From an uncultured Actinomycetota bacterium (GTDB lineage Bacteria; Actinomycetota; Actinomycetes; CAVWCF01): DNA of 64,000 nucleotides. Positions 61,095 to 64,000 of this stretch are shown here, in pieces. The first letter of the stretch is position 1; each line of letters starts with the position of its first letter. A program made the translations under genes and the position numbers. Below the pieces are notes generated by a model, which was given only the letters and a program-made list of their open reading frames with translations, did not search any database and was not told the origin of the DNA. Location: assembly GCA_963753435.1 (NCBI GenBank), contig CAVWCF010000001.1:1536001-1600000 (forward strand), read 5' to 3'.

Positions 61095-61525
61095 TCGCCG
61101 TGGAGGCGACTGGCGTAGTCGTGGTCGTTGCGGTGCTGCTCGCGGCGATGGCGTTCGCGGCCTACCGCAGACGGACCGACGGACGTGTCCGCGACGTCGC
61201 GGAGCCGGCTGCCGTGGACGCGCTCACCGCCGACCTGCTCGGGCATCCGCTGGGGAATCGAGCGACGCTGGTTCAGTTCTCGACGTCGTTCTGCCAGCCA
61301 TGCCGGGCCACCCGGACCATCCTTGGCGAGGTTGCGGAGTTGGTCGACGGGGTCGAACACGTGGAAATCGATGCGGAGAGCCGGTTGGACCTGGTCCGGC
61401 AGTTGGACGTGATGCGCACGCCGACCGTCTTCGTCTTGGACGCGAACGGCGCGGTGGTCAAGCGCGCGGTCGGTCAGCCGCGCAAAGCAGACGTGGTTGC
61501 GGCCTTGGGTGTCGCCATCTCCTGA
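61091..61525 (+). CDS. Membrane-anchored thioredoxin-like protein
   Basis: N-terminal TM; LVQFST.FCQPC, TPTV. Confidence 0.88.
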   Translation: MIAVEATGVVVVVAVLLAAMAFAAYRRRTDGRVRDVAEPAAVDALTADLLGHPLGNRATLVQFSTSFCQPCRATRTILGEVAELVDGVEHVEIDAESRLDLVRQLDVMRTPTVFVLDANGAVVKRAVGQPRKADVVAALGVAIS

Positions 61526-61659
61526 CCAAGCACGCGATCGGGGCCCAGCCGGCCTTGTCGCGAGGGCCCAGTTATTGCGTATAGTTCGCAAGATGAGACA
61601 GGTGTCTCGCTATGTGGACACCTGGTGACACCGGCGGGTCGTCTTCTTACCCTTCAGCC

Positions 61660-61740
61660 ATGCATTCGCAGGCAGCGCTGACAAAGCGGCGCGCGGTCGA
61701 CCTGTGCCGCGTGGCCACCTGCCTGTGTCGAATGCCCTGA
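61660..61740 (+). CDS. Cys-rich leader peptide (Ms5788A-type), leaderless
   Basis: MHSQAALTKRRAVDLCRVATCLCRMP*; TACCCT -10 element 6 nt before the ATG; precedes DUF4395 and the sulfurtransferase. Confidence 0.85.
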   Translation: MHSQAALTKRRAVDLCRVATCLCRMP

Positions 61741-61816
61741 CGGGCGGCGTCCCCTGATCAGTTAGGCCTACGCCGTCCTGCCGCGCCCATTCCAGTAGCG
61801 CCCGTCAGGAGTAGTC

Positions 61817-62254
61817 ATGCAGATCGATCCCCGAGGTACCCGTTTCGCAGCCGCCGTAACCAGTGGTGTGCTCGCTCTCGTCCTCATCACCGGCAGCCCG
61901 TGGTTGCTGTTGGCCCAGTTGGCGGTCTTCGCCGTTGGCGCCTTCGCCGGCCCGGCCAAGTCGCCGTACGGACTGCTGTTCGCCCGCACGGTGCGGCCGC
62001 GCCTGGCGCCGCCGACCGAACTCGAGGATGCCCGGCCGCCGCAGTTCGCGCAGTTGGTCGGCTTCGGCTTCGCGGCCGTTGGCGTTGCTGCGTTCGCACT
62101 CGGGGCCACGGCGGTGGCCTTCGTTGCGGTGGCCGCAGCGCTGGCCGCTGCGTTCCTGAACGCTGCCTACGGCTACTGCCTCGGCTGCGAGATGTACCTG
62201 CTCGGCCGCCGACTGCTGAACCGGCCGGTGCCGGCTGGCGTCGCTGCCGACTGA
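61817..62254 (+). CDS. DUF4395 membrane protein
   Basis: IDPRG.RF, PPQFAQ.VG, LNAA.GYCLGC. Confidence 0.9.
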   Translation: MQIDPRGTRFAAAVTSGVLALVLITGSPWLLLAQLAVFAVGAFAGPAKSPYGLLFARTVRPRLAPPTELEDARPPQFAQLVGFGFAAVGVAAFALGATAVAFVAVAAALAAAFLNAAYGYCLGCEMYLLGRRLLNRPVPAGVAAD

Positions 62255-62334
62255 CGCCTCGCACTGTCGCACCTCAGTTCCACTCACCCAACTCGTACCG
62301 ATGGCGCATTCGCGCCTGCCAGGAAAGGAACACC

Positions 62335-63198
62335 ATGAGCCGCAGCGACGTCCTCGTAGACGCCGACTGGGTGGAGGCCCACCTCGACGACCCCTCGGTC
62401 GTCGTGGTCGAGGTCGATGAAGACACCTCCGCCTACGACAAGAACCACATCCGCAATGCCATCCGCATCGACTGGAAGTCGGACCTGCAGGACCCGGTCC
62501 GGCGCGACTTCGTAAGCCAGCAGCAGTTCGAGGCACTTCTGAGCGCCAAGGGCATCGCGAACGACAACACGGTCGTGCTGTACGGCGGCAACAACAACTG
62601 GTTCGCCTCGTACGCGTACTGGTACTTCAAGCTCTACGGTCACGGCGACACCAAGCTGCTCGACGGCGGGCGCAAGAAGTGGGAACTGGACTCGCGCGAG
62701 CTCGTCGCCGAGGTTCCCACTCGGCCGGCCACCAACTACACGGCCAAGCCGCAGGACACGTCGATCCGGGCGTTCCGTGACGACGTGCTGGCTGCGATCG
62801 GCTCGGCCAACCTTGTCGATGTCCGCAGCCCCGACGAGTACGCCGGTCGGCTGTTGGCCCCGGCGCACTTGCCGCAGGAGCAGAGCCAGCGCCCCGGGCA
62901 CGTACCGACCGCCGCCAACATCCCGTGGAGCAAGGCTGCCAACGACGACGGCACCTTCCTGGCCGACGATGACCTGCGCACGCTGTACTCGCAGGCCGGC
63001 GTGGACCTCGCGACCGACACGATCGCCTACTGCCGTATCGGCGAACGGTCCGCGCACACGTGGTTCGTCCTGCACGAGTTGCTGGGCGTGACGAACGTGA
63101 AGAACTACGACGGGTCGTGGACGGAGTACGGATCACTGGTGGGCGTTCCGGTCCAGGTCGGCGACGCTCCGGGTACCCCCGAAGGCGGTGCGGCCTGA
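62335..63198 (+). CDS. Thiosulfate sulfurtransferase (CysA2/SseA-type rhodanese)
   Basis: EVDED, YGGNNNWFA, DVRS..EY.G, YCRIGERS, YDGSW.EYG. Confidence 0.95.
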   Translation: MSRSDVLVDADWVEAHLDDPSVVVVEVDEDTSAYDKNHIRNAIRIDWKSDLQDPVRRDFVSQQQFEALLSAKGIANDNTVVLYGGNNNWFASYAYWYFKLYGHGDTKLLDGGRKKWELDSRELVAEVPTRPATNYTAKPQDTSIRAFRDDVLAAIGSANLVDVRSPDEYAGRLLAPAHLPQEQSQRPGHVPTAANIPWSKAANDDGTFLADDDLRTLYSQAGVDLATDTIAYCRIGERSAHTWFVLHELLGVTNVKNYDGSWTEYGSLVGVPVQVGDAPGTPEGGAA

Positions 63199-63497
63199 TG
63201 TGCGGCGCCAGCACCGGTGGACTCTCCACGGAAGGCATCGACGTGACCAAGGAAGCCGTCATCCAGGGCGTGGTCTCGCGCGACGGTGAGCCCGTCGGCA
63301 ACGCCTACGTGCGGCTGCTCGACGCCAGCGGTGAGTTCACCGCCGAGGTGCCGACGAGCGCGACCGGGCACTTCCGGTTCTTCGCCGCGCCGGGTCAGTG
63401 GACCCTGCGCACGCTGGCTCCGGGCAGCAGCGTCGACCGGTCGGTGCACGCGCAGCAGGGCGCAGTGGCCGAGGTCGAAGTCGCGCTGCCGTCCTAA
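63198..63497 (+). CDS. sseC: DUF1416 (SseC) protein
   Basis: MCGA, YVRLLD.SGEFTAEV, FRFFAAPG.W. Confidence 0.88.
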   Translation: MCGASTGGLSTEGIDVTKEAVIQGVVSRDGEPVGNAYVRLLDASGEFTAEVPTSATGHFRFFAAPGQWTLRTLAPGSSVDRSVHAQQGAVAEVEVALPS

Positions 63498-63545
63498 TCC
63501 GGTGCCGTCCGTCGGATTCGTACCTCGATCCGGTCGGCAACGGTG

Positions 63546-63905
63546 TCAGTAGATGAGCGGACGGACGTCCGGGGCGGTGGCCTCCTCCACGAAGGCTGCC
63601 GCTCCGGCGATCCGAACGCCGGGCAGCAAATCGTCTGTAGTGATCCCGCGCCGCTGCGCGCACTGGGTGCACACGGTCATCGTCGCGTTGGCACGGACGA
63701 CATCGCGCAATTGCGCCAGGGGCGCGCTGTGGGGCAGCTCAAACATCTCGGCGCGGTCCGGCAGGGCCAACCAGGCCGCCTCGCCGGTCAACCAGAGCGA
63801 CACATCCACGCCGGCAGTGACCGCGGTCGCCGCAACGGTGAACGCCTGTGCGCAGCGCTCCGGGTCGTCGGCTCCCGCAGTGACCTTGACCAGCAGGGAT
63901 GGCAT
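63546..63905 (-). CDS. DsrE family protein
   Basis: PERC.QAFTVA, SLWLTGE, CTQCA.RR, GAA.F. Confidence 0.88.
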   Translation of the reverse strand: MPSLLVKVTAGADDPERCAQAFTVAATAVTAGVDVSLWLTGEAAWLALPDRAEMFELPHSAPLAQLRDVVRANATMTVCTQCAQRRGITTDDLLPGVRIAGAAAFVEEATAPDVRPLIY

Positions 63906-63928
63906 GGCCGCAACGTTAGACTCCGGCC

Positions 63929-64000
63929 GTGACGGACCTGAGCGCCTACAACGAACTGCCCAGCGAGTTGCTGCCCATGGGCTTCCTGGTCGGCACGTGG
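63929..64000 (+). CDS. FABP/nitrobindin family protein, partial
   Basis: VTDLSAYNELPSELLPMGFLVGTW (L.P...L.G.W start motif); usual neighbour of DsrE in actinobacteria. Confidence 0.6.
   Translation, partial: MTDLSAYNELPSELLPMGFLVGTW

Noticed and set aside
1-64000. CRISPR arrays, transposases, integrases, prophage or defence systems
   Set aside because: No repeat-spacer arrays or recognisable motifs for these were seen.
50103-64000. pst-ppk1-mshD-glnR-sulfurtransferase region as novel
   Set aside because: This is the conserved actinobacterial core gene order.

Overview
High-GC actinomycete chromosome segment, assigned from the glnR-mshD-ppk1-pstSCAB block, a PHO box and a Cys-rich leader peptide. 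From left to right it carries: tRNA-Lys(UUU) followed by a small ars-type islet; mixed housekeeping genes; a cell-surface cluster (two paralogous Cys-conserved secreted proteins, a WxL-like protein, a DUF916-like protein); an ABC uptake operon with unusual MFS-ATPase and permease-permease-ATPase fusions; a ~22 kb catabolic region (27.9-50.0 kb) ending in a divergent IclR regulator; and conserved phosphate, mycothiol, nitrogen and sulfur genes. The main find is a co-oriented run of genes (29.3-35.1 kb) encoding apparent homologues of plant chlorophyll-breakdown (PAO/phyllobilin) enzymes: two red chlorophyll catabolite reductase (RCCR)-like proteins, a chlorophyllase-like hydrolase, a Rieske oxygenase and a NOL/NYC1-like SDR. 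A shared palindrome, GTTCCG-N5-CGGAAC(GGCGTT), lies upstream of this run, of the downstream catabolic operon/IclR, and of the ABC transporter. Together these suggest a bacterial chlorophyll/tetrapyrrole catabolic regulon. Family assignments come from motif recognition by eye, not from database searches. Several genes carry single-base frameshifts that look like assembly errors.
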